A stretch of 64,000 bases of DNA from an uncultured bacterium. Lineage in GTDB: Bacteria; SAR324; NAC60-12. Made by a program: the position numbers and the translations under genes. Shown here piece after piece: positions 1-8,811 of this stretch. The stretch's first letter is position 1, and the number at the start of each line of letters is the position of its first letter. Under the pieces are notes generated by a model. The model saw only the letters and a list, made by a program, of their open reading frames with translations, did no database searches and was not told the DNA's origin. The stretch covers positions 15,904 through 79,903 of the forward strand of contig CBFIJD010000007.1 in NCBI GenBank assembly GCA_965662845.1, in the 5' to 3' direction.

Positions 1-503
1 GGGCCCAAGCGGTTGTTACCCCCATCCTAGATGTGATGCAGACCATCCCGAGCTTTGTGTATCTGATTCCGGTCGTGATGCTGTTGGGCATCGGTAAAGT
101 CCCTGGCATGCTCGCTGTGGTGATCTACGCGCTTCCACCCATGATTCGACTCACCAACCTTGGGATTCGCTTAGTTGACAAGCAAGTTTTGGAAGCTGCC
201 GACGCCTTCGGCTCTAGCGCATGGCAGCGGCTGCGCCATGTTCAGATTCCGCTCGCGCTACCTAACATTTTCGCAGGCGTGAACCAGACCATCATGATGT
301 CTCTCGCGATGGTCGTCATCGCCTCGATGATCGGAGTACGTGGGCTCGGGCAACCCGTATTGAAAGCAATCTCAAACCAATATTTGGCGTTAGGGCTCTT
401 CAACGGCATGGCCATCGTCGCGCTCGCCATCATCTTTGACCGCGTTACTCAGGCTTACGGTCAGCGCCTGCAACGCCACCGCGCAGGAGGTCACAGTGTC
501 TGA
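1..503 (+). CDS. proW: Glycine betaine/proline ABC transporter permease ProW/OpuAB family, 5'-partial. The frame is open to the window start and the track ORF begins at GTG 33.
   Basis: The translation reads PILDVMQTIPSFVYLIPVVMLLGIGKVPG...QPVLKAISNQYLALG, which matches the conserved ProW C-terminal region. No stop occurs upstream in frame. The downstream proV start overlaps this gene's stop. Confidence 0.75.
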   Translation, partial: AQAVVTPILDVMQTIPSFVYLIPVVMLLGIGKVPGMLAVVIYALPPMIRLTNLGIRLVDKQVLEAADAFGSSAWQRLRHVQIPLALPNIFAGVNQTIMMSLAMVVIASMIGVRGLGQPVLKAISNQYLALGLFNGMAIVALAIIFDRVTQAYGQRLQRHRAGGHSV

Positions 504-1533
504 TGAAATTTTGATCAAAATTGAGAATCTCTACAAAGTCTTCGGAAGTCGCCCCGCGTCTGTGATGCCGCTAGTGAAGGGCGGCATCGGCAAGCAAGAG
601 CTGCTAGAGCAGCACAATCACGTCCTCGGACTCAACGACATCAACCTCGACATCCCCACCAAGCACTTGCAAGTGGTCATGGGGCTCTCTGGCTCGGGCA
701 AATCCACCCTGATTCGCCACATCAACCGTTTGATTGAGCCGACGGCTGGGAAAATTCAGGTCGGTGGTGATGACGTTCTGACCATGAACCCCAAAGAGCT
801 GCGCGAGTTCCGACGTCACCGCATCTCGATGGTGTTCCAGCGCTTCGCTCTGCTCCCGCACCGCACCGTGCTAGAGAATGTGATGTATGGGGTGGACATT
901 ATGGGAGTCCCCAAGAAGGAAGCGAAGCAGCGCGCCGAGAGGTGGATCAATCGGGTTGGACTCGCCGGCTTTGAAGATCAATATCCCGCCAAGCTCTCCG
1001 GCGGGATGCAGCAACGAGTCGGGCTCGCCCGCGCGCTCACTACCGACGCAGACATTCTGTTGATGGACGAAGCCTTCAGCGCCTTAGACCCGCTGATCCG
1101 CACCGACATGCAGAACATTCTGTTGGATCTGCAGGCAGAGCTGCATAAGACCATCGTCTTCATTACGCACGACTTAGACGAGGCGCTTAAGCTCGGAGAC
1201 CAGATCGCGATCTTGCGTGACGGCGAGGTCGTGCAACAGGGGACTGCGCAACAGATCGTGATGCGCCCCGCGGACAAGTACATCATGGACTTTGTGCGTG
1301 ACATCAACCGTGCTCGCGTCTTGCGCGTACGCGCGGTGATGGATGCAGAGGTCAAACCGGAAAATCCAAGCGGTGGCATCCCTGCACACATCTCCTTGGA
1401 GAGCGCGCTGCACACAGTCGCAGCCGCAGGCAGCGCAGGAGTCCCGGTGCTAGACAAGAACAATCAAGTCATCGGGAGCCTCAACATCGAGTCTCTCATT
1501 CAAGCGATGGTTCCCCCCGAGCGCCCTAATTAA
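496..1533 (+). CDS. proV: Glycine betaine/proline ABC transporter ATP-binding protein with a C-terminal CBS-like region
   Basis: Walker A GLSGSGKST and the ABC signature LSGGMQQRVGLARAL are present. The N-terminus VSDEILIKIENLYKVFG matches the ProV family if GTG 496 is used, and that start overlaps the proW stop at 501-503. ATG 436 is the alternative start. Confidence 0.8.
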   Translation: MSDEILIKIENLYKVFGSRPASVMPLVKGGIGKQELLEQHNHVLGLNDINLDIPTKHLQVVMGLSGSGKSTLIRHINRLIEPTAGKIQVGGDDVLTMNPKELREFRRHRISMVFQRFALLPHRTVLENVMYGVDIMGVPKKEAKQRAERWINRVGLAGFEDQYPAKLSGGMQQRVGLARALTTDADILLMDEAFSALDPLIRTDMQNILLDLQAELHKTIVFITHDLDEALKLGDQIAILRDGEVVQQGTAQQIVMRPADKYIMDFVRDINRARVLRVRAVMDAEVKPENPSGGIPAHISLESALHTVAAAGSAGVPVLDKNNQVIGSLNIESLIQAMVPPERPN

Positions 1534-1536
1534 CCC

Positions 1537-1574
1537 GGCGAGGCACGCCCGTCCTCGCTTCGTCGGTTTCTTCT
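1537..1574 (+). terminator. Weak hairpin after proV: stem GGCGAGG/CCTCGCT with a 9-nt loop, and a T-rich tract that begins 6 nt after the stem
   Basis: The inverted repeat was read directly from the sequence. The U-tract is displaced from the stem, so this is only a possible intrinsic terminator. Confidence 0.25.
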
Positions 1575-1743
1575 AGGCTACTTCCTAACAGCCTCTCGCT
1601 GTTGTTCTCCCAAGGGAGCAGCCTATTTTCTTCCCTCCTCCCAGTGGCCCACGACGGATTTGTCTGGATTCTTCGCTAGAATCCGCGTTGCCTAGCGGCC
1701 TTTGTTTTGCGGAATCTTCCATCTATCTCACTGCTACCAACGC

Positions 1744-2562
1744 ATGCCAGAACTCCCTGAAGTGGAAACGGTCGCCCGTGGGCTCCACGAGCGCATTGCC
1801 GGACACACCATCGAACGCGTCGAAGTCTTCCGCGAGAAAGTGGTGCCCTTGGGCGACACAGACGCTTTTGCGGCCAGCGTCGAAAAGCATCGTGTTCTCA
1901 GCGTCGCGCGCCGGGCGAAGTATTTGATCTTCCAGCTGGAACCCGAGCTTGTCATGCTGGGGCACCTACGCATGACGGGGAAGTTTGTCGTCACCGCTCC
2001 AGTCCCAGAGCCCGCAAAGCATGATCGTGCATGGTTCTGGCTTTCCAACGGGCAGCTGTTGATTTTTACGGATCTGCGCTGTTTCGGCACGCTGGAGCTG
2101 TTTCCTTCAGTGGCTGACATCCCCAAATTGCGACAGCTCGGCCCCGAACCCCTCTCAGAGCATTTCAACGCCGCTTATCTACAGCCGCTGCTGCAGAAGA
2201 CGCCGCGCGCGATCAAACCGCTGTTGCTAGACCAGAGGCTGGTCGCGGGGCTTGGGAACATCTACGCTTCAGAAATTTTGTTTGCCGCTGGCATACATCC
2301 CGAACGTCGCGCCAACACGCTGCAAAAACAGGAGACCGAGCAAATGATCGCCCAGACGAAGCGCATCCTCGGCCTTGCGATTGACAAGAATGGGACATCG
2401 GTCTCTGATTTCCGCCAAGTAGATGAAAAGACAGGAGAATTTCAAAATTTTCTGCAAGTGTACGACAAAGCTGAGCAGCCCTGTGTCCGCTGTCAAACGC
2501 CGCTTCAACGTATTGTCCAAGCTCAACGCAGCACCTACTTTTGTATGAGTTGTCAGTCATGA
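1744..2562 (+). CDS. mutM: Formamidopyrimidine-DNA glycosylase (Fpg/MutM)
   Basis: The N-terminus MPELPEVETVARGL is the Fpg catalytic Pro2/Glu3 motif. The C-terminal zinc finger CVRCQTPLQRIVQAQRSTYFCMSCQ is present. ATG 1744 is in frame within track ORF 1702-2562. Confidence 0.9.
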   Translation: MPELPEVETVARGLHERIAGHTIERVEVFREKVVPLGDTDAFAASVEKHRVLSVARRAKYLIFQLEPELVMLGHLRMTGKFVVTAPVPEPAKHDRAWFWLSNGQLLIFTDLRCFGTLELFPSVADIPKLRQLGPEPLSEHFNAAYLQPLLQKTPRAIKPLLLDQRLVAGLGNIYASEILFAAGIHPERRANTLQKQETEQMIAQTKRILGLAIDKNGTSVSDFRQVDEKTGEFQNFLQVYDKAEQPCVRCQTPLQRIVQAQRSTYFCMSCQS

Positions 2563-3479
2563 ACCTGCCCCTGAAACTCGGCCTGCTCTCTTGCGCTCTC
2601 CTCTTGAGTTGGGGATCTCTCAGCAGCTTCGCCACCCCTTTACCCAGAGAGCAACAATACCTTGCGCTTGTTGGCGCGCAGCCCAGCGCCTCTAGTCAGT
2701 TCCTGCAAGATTTGTCAGAAATTTGGCGCATGCCTGGCGTGAGTGACGGCTCAACCTTGCAACCTGTGACGGTGCCGACCGGCAAAGAGCGGCTGGAGCG
2801 TATGCGCAACCGGCGGGGGCATTTGGCCATTCTCAGCGGGGAAGATGCTCATCTCTTGTTGCCGAAAGCGCCTCAACTACGCGTTGTGACAGTGCTCTGG
2901 CCGAACGTTTTGCATTTGATTGGCCGCAGCCAGAAGGTCGCGGCGCTGCCGGCGGCTTCTTCTCAAACGCTCCGTGCGCCTCTGGGGGCTTTCGAGGTGG
3001 TGAGGGCCTGGGATGCTCAATCGCCTCGACCGATGTTGCAAGAGACCACTTGGTTTCAACCTAACCAGACCCTCACCGCCCTAGAAGACTTTCGAGAAGA
3101 CGTGTTCTTGTTTTGGGGGGGATATCCCCTACGCGAGTTGCGCAAGTTATTGCAATTTCCTGAATTTCAACTCTTGAGCGCGGAGCCGAACCTCCAGCGG
3201 GCGTGGCGTGAGCAGCTACCTTGGACGCGCACCCTCACGCTGCCGCCCAACACCTATCCCCAGACTCCAGAGCTGGAACTCCTCGCAGCCTTTCCCGTGT
3301 TGGTCGCTCACGAAACAGTCCCCGATGCTTTGGTGCGGTCACTGATCCGAGAAATCTTCGACCACGCCCAGTCTTCCAATCCACGCGCGATGTTCCGCAA
3401 CATGTCGCCCCAGCACAACGCGCTCTTCCGGCGCGACCTCCCCTATCACCCTGCAGCGCGCCGTGCCTTCCGCTTCTGA
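2559..3479 (+). CDS. Secreted TAXI-family (TRAP-associated) periplasmic solute-binding protein. It is an orphan: no TRAP permease is adjacent.
   Basis: The signal peptide is MNLPLKLGLLSCALLLSWGSLSSFA. The C-terminal motif is ...TYPQTPELELLAAFPVLVAHETVPDALVRSLIREIFDH...LPYHPAARRAF, ending with HPAA; I read this as matching the TAXI family's HPGA terminal motif, which is my recollection of the consensus rather than a database check. ATG 2559 overlaps the mutM stop as ATGA. Confidence 0.5.
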   Translation: MNLPLKLGLLSCALLLSWGSLSSFATPLPREQQYLALVGAQPSASSQFLQDLSEIWRMPGVSDGSTLQPVTVPTGKERLERMRNRRGHLAILSGEDAHLLLPKAPQLRVVTVLWPNVLHLIGRSQKVAALPAASSQTLRAPLGAFEVVRAWDAQSPRPMLQETTWFQPNQTLTALEDFREDVFLFWGGYPLRELRKLLQFPEFQLLSAEPNLQRAWREQLPWTRTLTLPPNTYPQTPELELLAAFPVLVAHETVPDALVRSLIREIFDHAQSSNPRAMFRNMSPQHNALFRRDLPYHPAARRAFRF

Positions 3480-3480
3480 A

Positions 3481-4461
3481 ATGAACGAACCTGTCTTCCG
3501 GCACACGTCGGTGCTTCTCCGTGAAGTGCTGGAGGCCGCCCCAACTCAGCCGCGACGCCTGTTAGATTGCACGTTAGGGGGAGCCGGACACGCACGCGCG
3601 TTGCTGGAGCACTTTCCCAACGCTCACCTGCACGGCATTGACCGTGACGCGGTGGCCGTTACCGCCGCAACCCACCGCTTGGCGAGCTTCCAAGAGCGCT
3701 GCACCTTAGAACAGGCTTCTTTTGCAGACTTGCGTGGTTTGCTCTCGGATTGGAACCTCTCATTTGACTTTGTGCTCGCCGATATCGGCATGTCGTCAGA
3801 GCAGTTAGCTGACGCCGAGCGCGGCTTCTCGTTTTTGCTGGATGGCCCGTTAGACATGCGCATGGATCCTTCCTCCCCGCTGCCCAACGCCGCGCACATC
3901 GTGAATCAATGGAGTGAGTTCGACCTGCGTCGGCTGCTCCAAGTCTATGGCGAAGAGCGCTTTGCTCCCCAAATTGCGCGGGCGATAGGGCAACGTCGAG
4001 AAAAACAAGCCTTCTCACGGACGCTGGAGTTGGCAGAGTTCGTGGAACAAATCATTCCACGACGCTTTCACAAACCCCATTTTCATCCTGCGACCTTAAC
4101 ATTTCAGGCACTCCGCATTGAGGTCAACCAAGAGCTGGCACAGTTGGAAGCGCTGCTGCGGGAAGTCCCCGCGTATCTCAACCCTGCGGGACACCTCGCC
4201 ATCATCTCGTTTCATTCGCTAGAAGATCGTCTCGTCAAGCAGACGTTCCGGCGGTGGGAGTCTCCTTGCACTTGTCCTCCTGATATGCCGCATTGTGTCT
4301 GTGGAAACCAGCCGCTCGGACGCTCGCTACAGCGCAAACCGATCACCGCCACAGAAGCAGAAATTCGTGAGAACCCTCGCAGTCGCAGCGCCCGATTGCG
4401 TGTGTTTGTGCGTAACGATCAACCTTGGAACGCGAACATCGGAGTGGGGAAGCATGGCTAA
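3481..4461 (+). CDS. rsmH: 16S rRNA (cytosine1402-N4)-methyltransferase RsmH/MraW
   Basis: Contains FRHTSVLLREVLEA, DCTLGGAGHARALLE, GIDRD and ...LAIISFHSLEDRLVK, the typical RsmH SAM-methyltransferase motifs. ATG 3481 lies 2 nt after the upstream stop. Confidence 0.85.
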   Translation: MNEPVFRHTSVLLREVLEAAPTQPRRLLDCTLGGAGHARALLEHFPNAHLHGIDRDAVAVTAATHRLASFQERCTLEQASFADLRGLLSDWNLSFDFVLADIGMSSEQLADAERGFSFLLDGPLDMRMDPSSPLPNAAHIVNQWSEFDLRRLLQVYGEERFAPQIARAIGQRREKQAFSRTLELAEFVEQIIPRRFHKPHFHPATLTFQALRIEVNQELAQLEALLREVPAYLNPAGHLAIISFHSLEDRLVKQTFRRWESPCTCPPDMPHCVCGNQPLGRSLQRKPITATEAEIRENPRSRSARLRVFVRNDQPWNANIGVGKHG

Positions 4462-4753
4462 GGCACGCAAGGAAGAGCGCATTGACGTACTCGTGCAAGA
4501 CATGGCGAGGAATCCGCACCAGTGGAGGATGGATAGCTTTCGTCTTATGCACCGCAACGGCGTCAAAATCTGGATTGGCAACGGGCTCTTCGGCTATCAC
4601 GTAGAAAAACCACATTACTACGAACCCAACTTGCGCGAGAAATGGCGACTGCACAAAGCGATCAAGGCTTTACAAGAGCACATTGATCTCTACAAAACAG
4701 GAAAGCAGTCCAAACGCAAAAAGAAGAGCAAGAGAGGCGACGCAGAAGCCTGA
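4454..4753 (+). CDS. Hypothetical small basic protein (about 99 aa, Lys-rich C-terminal tail KQSKRKKKSKRGD)
   Basis: ATG 4454 overlaps the rsmH stop as ATGGCTAA, which suggests translational coupling. I recognise no domain. Confidence 0.45.
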   Translation: MAKARKEERIDVLVQDMARNPHQWRMDSFRLMHRNGVKIWIGNGLFGYHVEKPHYYEPNLREKWRLHKAIKALQEHIDLYKTGKQSKRKKKSKRGDAEA

Positions 4754-4782
4754 CTCGGAGGCCCTAAACCTTGCAGAAAGCC

Positions 4783-5127
4783 TCACGCAAACTGCACCCA
4801 CTCTTCAAACAGCTCTACATCTTCATAAGAACAAGCGCCGGGCTCGTCGGATTCCGACTGAAACCGAAAAATCACCATCGGTCCCCAAAAGCTTCGACCT
4901 GCGAGCTGCCATTCCGTTTGCCGCTCTTGCCATTCCCCTTCTCCGTCCACATAGCCCATAAACGGCTCTGCTAACTCCACGACCTCTGTCGCATCGCATC
5001 GCAGCAGCTCACAGAGGGTGTCAAGGTCTAACTCAGCTTCGATCAATTCGACGAGATCCTCATCAGGATCCACGTAAATCCAGTCGCCGCGATAGCTGGG
5101 CGAGCGAGGCACATCTTCGGGTTCCAT
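4783..5127 (-). CDS. Hypothetical acidic protein (114 aa, D/E-rich)
   Basis: A clean ORF immediately downstream of sbcC on the minus strand. It has no recognisable motif. Confidence 0.4.
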   Translation of the reverse strand: MEPEDVPRSPSYRGDWIYVDPDEDLVELIEAELDLDTLCELLRCDATEVVELAEPFMGYVDGEGEWQERQTEWQLAGRSFWGPMVIFRFQSESDEPGACSYEDVELFEEWVQFA

Positions 5128-5163
5128 GAGGACTCCAACGAGAGGAAAAAAACGGGGAGAGGG

Positions 5164-8100
5164 TTATGGAGTGGGGACAATGCGCAAGCGGCTGTTGCCG
5201 CTGTCGTGCTTTTGCACTTGAATTTGGGTTGTCAAGCGCTCTTTTAGCGCCTCGACATGCGAGATAATTCCGATGGTCTTGCCGTCTGCTTGTAAGGTTT
5301 CCAGCGCGGAGAGCGCCGTATCCAGCGTTTCTGTGTCCAAAGTGCCAAAGCCCTCATCAATGAACAGCGTCTCAATCGGGTGGTTTCTGCGCGCTAAGTC
5401 AGAGAGACCTAAGGCCAGAGCGAGGCTCACCAAAAACGTTTCTCCTCCAGACAAGCTCTCCAACGAACGGATCGTGTCTGCTTGGTAGCGATCGAGAATC
5501 TCCATCTCCACCACCGCGTCTTCTTTTTTGCGCAGACGATAGCGGTCGGTCAGCCGACGCAGATGCTGATTCGCCAGCTGAATCAGGTGCCGCAAGGTCA
5601 GGCTCTGCGCAAAGCGTGAAAACTTCGTTCCATCGGCCGAGCCGATCAAATCTGCGACGCTGCTCCAGCGCCGGACTTCCTGTTGTTGCTGTTGCACTTC
5701 TTCTGTGAGCGCCTGCTGGCTCTGCCGCATCGCCTCGTCTTGCGTGAGCTGCTGTCGGAGGCTGCCCACGCGCTCGTCCAGCTCACTTTGACGCCCGCGC
5801 ACTTCCGCTACTTTGGCTTGCAGCCCTTCTTCGGGCTCTGTGGTGAGTTGTTGTTCCCGCAGCGCCATTTGCTGCATTTGGATGTTTCCTAAAGCATGCC
5901 GTGTGTTCGAGAGCGCTCTCTGCAACGCTTCGGATTGCTGCCGCAATGTCTGCGCCTCGTGCTCGTTCAGATAGTGTGACTCAGCCTCTTCGTAGGAGGC
6001 GTACCCCAATGCCCGCAAAGAGAGAGACACGTTCATCCGTAGATCGGCATATTCTTGTTGCCAGCGACGATGCTCGTCTTGGAGCCACCGCAGCCGTTGC
6101 TGGACTTGTCCATGTTCGGCCAGCACGTTCTCACGACGCTGACGGGCCGTTTCATAGTGCGCTTGCAGGCGTTGTTTTTGTTGCCGCAGCTCGGCTTCTA
6201 GTTGCACCGGGTCGTCATGCTCTAAGATCTGTCGACGTTCGGTTTGCAAGGCGACAACGGCAGCTTGCTGCTGGGCGAGCTCTGCTTGCAGTTGCTGCAG
6301 CGCTTCTTGGGACTGCTTGGCTTGGGACTCATGATATTGGAGCAGCGCGCGGTGCTGCGATTGGCGCTGCCACGCTTGGTCACGTTGTTGAGCCCGTTCG
6401 CGAAACTCGTGGTGCAAGGACTGTAAGGTCTCTAAGGCAGACGACAAGTCGAGGAGTTCTTCCCCGACGTGATAGTGCTGTAATTTTTCGCGCAGCTCAT
6501 CGTGGAGCGCCGCTGCTTGATCACGATGTTCATCGCGTTGTCGCTGGCATTTGGACTGTTCTTGGGACTGTTGGCGCAAGCGTTCTTGTAGCGTGGCAGA
6601 CTGGGTTTGCAATTCTTGCAGCTGTTTGCGGATGTTGTCGAGCTCCTGTTGTGCCTGCTCACGTGTTTGAAAAAGTTCATTTGCTTGCTGGAGTAAGGTC
6701 TCCAACTCTGCGTACTCGGCAAGACGCTTCTTGTGGAAAGCCTCTAGAACTTCAGCCTGATCAATTCGACACGAAAACCCTTCGGCCAATTCGGCAAACT
6801 CGGTTTGGTACTGTTGTTCTTGCTCGCTGAGCTCTGCTTCTCGCTGTTGAAGTTGCTCGCGTTGAGACTGTAGGCGGGTTTCTGCGTGGGCGTGTTGGTT
6901 TTGCTCTGCTTCCATGGCCGCGCAACGCGCTTGTAGCTGATCTACCAGGGTTGAGTCAGCTTGTTGTGGCTGCGCAATTTTCAGCACATAAGGGTGCTCT
7001 AACGAGCCACAGAGTGGGCACGGGGCTCCTGGGTGCAGCTCTCTGCGTGCCTCTTCATAGTTCTGAATCAAACGGGCTTGGTCTAGGATCCGTTGTTTGT
7101 CGTGCAGGCGTTCTCGCGTTTGCTCCAGCTGCGACTGCAAAGACTCGATCTGCTGCTTGTGACGCTCCAGTGCGACCTCGTTCTGTTTGCGATCACGCTG
7201 ATTCTCTAGCAGTTTTTGGCGAGTGGCCTGGTGCTGCGTGGTGAGCTGCTGCAAACGCTCAATGCGATGCAGCATACGCATCAGCTCTGTTTGGCGCTGT
7301 TGGCAGTCTCCCAAAGAGCGCTCTCCTAACAAATCTTTTTCGCGTTGCTGCTGTTGGGAGTTCTGCTGCTGTCGTTGGAACAGCTCCTCTGCCTGATCGG
7401 CGTGTTGACGCTGTGCCTCGTGCAGCTGTCTGTCGGTGCGCTGTAGCTCCTGTGCTAGGTCGGCCAAGCGGGCGTCAAGTTCACGAATCTGCTGTTGATG
7501 GGATCGCCACACCTGACAGCGTTCTTGCAATTGGGGCAACTTCTCATCGAGTTGCTGGTGGGCTTCTCGGTTTTGCAGCCATTGTTCGTGCTGTTGGTGC
7601 TGGGCTTCGGCGTGTTGCAGGTTGGCTTGTTCTTGCGCGATCAACTCTTGTTGCGAGGCTAGCTCTTGTTGCCGCCGCTGGACATCCTGCTGACGCTGCG
7701 CGACTTGTTCGCGTTTGGGTTGCAGCCGCACGTCTAATTCTTGGGCTTTGCGAATCTGAGGTTCGAGCCGTTGCATTTGTTCAGAGTTGGCTGTCAGCGC
7801 GGCTTCGGCTTCTCGAAATGCTTTTCCAGAAGCGGTCAAGAGAGCTTGTTGCAGCGCGAGTTGGTTCTGCAACGTGCGTCGCTCGTGCTCGCGTTGTTCG
7901 GCAGTGGACTCCAGTTTTTGCAGTTTTTTCCACTCGGGGCGCAACGGCACTAGGAGGTTGTGCCGGTCCAAGCGCTGCTGTTGCTCGTGAAAGTTCTGCA
8001 CGGCACCTTCGGCCGCTTCATAGGCGTTTTTGTGCTCCACACACTCTTGGGCGACTTTTGCGCACTGTTTCAGCCAATCCAGTTGTGCTTGCAGCGTTTC

Positions 8101-8811
8101 GGCTTGCTTTAGCAAAAGAGGACGTTGCTGTTGCTGCTCTGCCAGTTGCCGCTCCAGCTCTTTGCGTTGCTCTGGTGGTAAGAGTGGGATGGCTCCGAGC
8201 TTGTCTTGTAGCTGCTGGAGTTTGTGTTCTTCGGCTTGTCGACACTGATAGGCGAACTGCCCCAACTCCGAGTAAATGTGTAGCCCAGTGAGTTCTTCAA
8301 GCAGCTCCCCACGCTCTCGTTCTGAAGCTCGCAAGAACGCGGCGAACTCGCCTTGCGGCAAAATCACAGAGCGCTGAAATTGCTCTAAATTGAGCCCAGT
8401 GAGCTCCTCGACTTTTCTTGGGACTTCGCTATTTCTCAGGTCTAGCGTGGTTCCCTGATCCAAGTTTTGCAGCTCGTGCCGCGGGGGCTGTAGGCGCCCT
8501 TCTGCTTTTCCACGGGCTCGTCGCAAGTTCCAGCGCGCGCGATAGCGGCCTTGCTCGACGGCGAAGTCGAGTTCAACCAAAGTCTCCCCCGTGTGACGAG
8601 TCATGAGGTCATTCGGTGTGCTGCTGCCATAGCGGGGCACACGACCGTAAAGGGCCACAATCATCGCGTCTAACAGCGAGCTTTTTCCTCCGCCGGTGGG
8701 GCCTGTGATCGCGAACAGCCCTGCGCTCTGTAGAGGCTCGGCATCAAATTGCAGCGTCCATTGATTGCGGAGGGCGTGCACATTTTGTAAGTGCAACCGG
8801 AGGATTCTCAT
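5164..8811 (-). CDS. sbcC: DNA double-strand break repair ATPase SbcC (Rad50-like)
   Basis: The N-terminus MRILRLHLQNV...ITGPTGGGKSSLLDAM carries Walker A. A long Q/E-rich coiled coil contains the zinc hook CPLCGS. The C-terminus has LSGGETFLVSLALALGL and LFIDEGFGTLD (ABC signature plus Walker B/D-loop). The start ATG 8811 overlaps the sbcD stop as ATGA, and the track ORF extends further upstream to 8970. Confidence 0.9.
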   Translation of the reverse strand: MRILRLHLQNVHALRNQWTLQFDAEPLQSAGLFAITGPTGGGKSSLLDAMIVALYGRVPRYGSSTPNDLMTRHTGETLVELDFAVEQGRYRARWNLRRARGKAEGRLQPPRHELQNLDQGTTLDLRNSEVPRKVEELTGLNLEQFQRSVILPQGEFAAFLRASERERGELLEELTGLHIYSELGQFAYQCRQAEEHKLQQLQDKLGAIPLLPPEQRKELERQLAEQQQQRPLLLKQAETLQAQLDWLKQCAKVAQECVEHKNAYEAAEGAVQNFHEQQQRLDRHNLLVPLRPEWKKLQKLESTAEQREHERRTLQNQLALQQALLTASGKAFREAEAALTANSEQMQRLEPQIRKAQELDVRLQPKREQVAQRQQDVQRRQQELASQQELIAQEQANLQHAEAQHQQHEQWLQNREAHQQLDEKLPQLQERCQVWRSHQQQIRELDARLADLAQELQRTDRQLHEAQRQHADQAEELFQRQQQNSQQQQREKDLLGERSLGDCQQRQTELMRMLHRIERLQQLTTQHQATRQKLLENQRDRKQNEVALERHKQQIESLQSQLEQTRERLHDKQRILDQARLIQNYEEARRELHPGAPCPLCGSLEHPYVLKIAQPQQADSTLVDQLQARCAAMEAEQNQHAHAETRLQSQREQLQQREAELSEQEQQYQTEFAELAEGFSCRIDQAEVLEAFHKKRLAEYAELETLLQQANELFQTREQAQQELDNIRKQLQELQTQSATLQERLRQQSQEQSKCQRQRDEHRDQAAALHDELREKLQHYHVGEELLDLSSALETLQSLHHEFRERAQQRDQAWQRQSQHRALLQYHESQAKQSQEALQQLQAELAQQQAAVVALQTERRQILEHDDPVQLEAELRQQKQRLQAHYETARQRRENVLAEHGQVQQRLRWLQDEHRRWQQEYADLRMNVSLSLRALGYASYEEAESHYLNEHEAQTLRQQSEALQRALSNTRHALGNIQMQQMALREQQLTTEPEEGLQAKVAEVRGRQSELDERVGSLRQQLTQDEAMRQSQQALTEEVQQQQQEVRRWSSVADLIGSADGTKFSRFAQSLTLRHLIQLANQHLRRLTDRYRLRKKEDAVVEMEILDRYQADTIRSLESLSGGETFLVSLALALGLSDLARRNHPIETLFIDEGFGTLDTETLDTALSALETLQADGKTIGIISHVEALKERLTTQIQVQKHDSGNSRLRIVPTP

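Noticed and set aside
3221-3504. Arg-rich 87-aa plus-strand and 89-aa minus-strand ORFs across the TAXI/rsmH junction
   Set aside because: They are shadow ORFs and conflict with the motif-supported TAXI C-terminus and rsmH N-terminus.
5901-8291. Long plus-strand ORFs (309 aa at 5901-6830, 292 aa at 7413-8291 and several shorter ones) lying antisense within sbcC
   Set aside because: They are Arg/Ala-rich, low-complexity translations fully embedded in a well-supported SbcC gene, i.e. GC-rich shadow ORFs. They have no start context or motifs.
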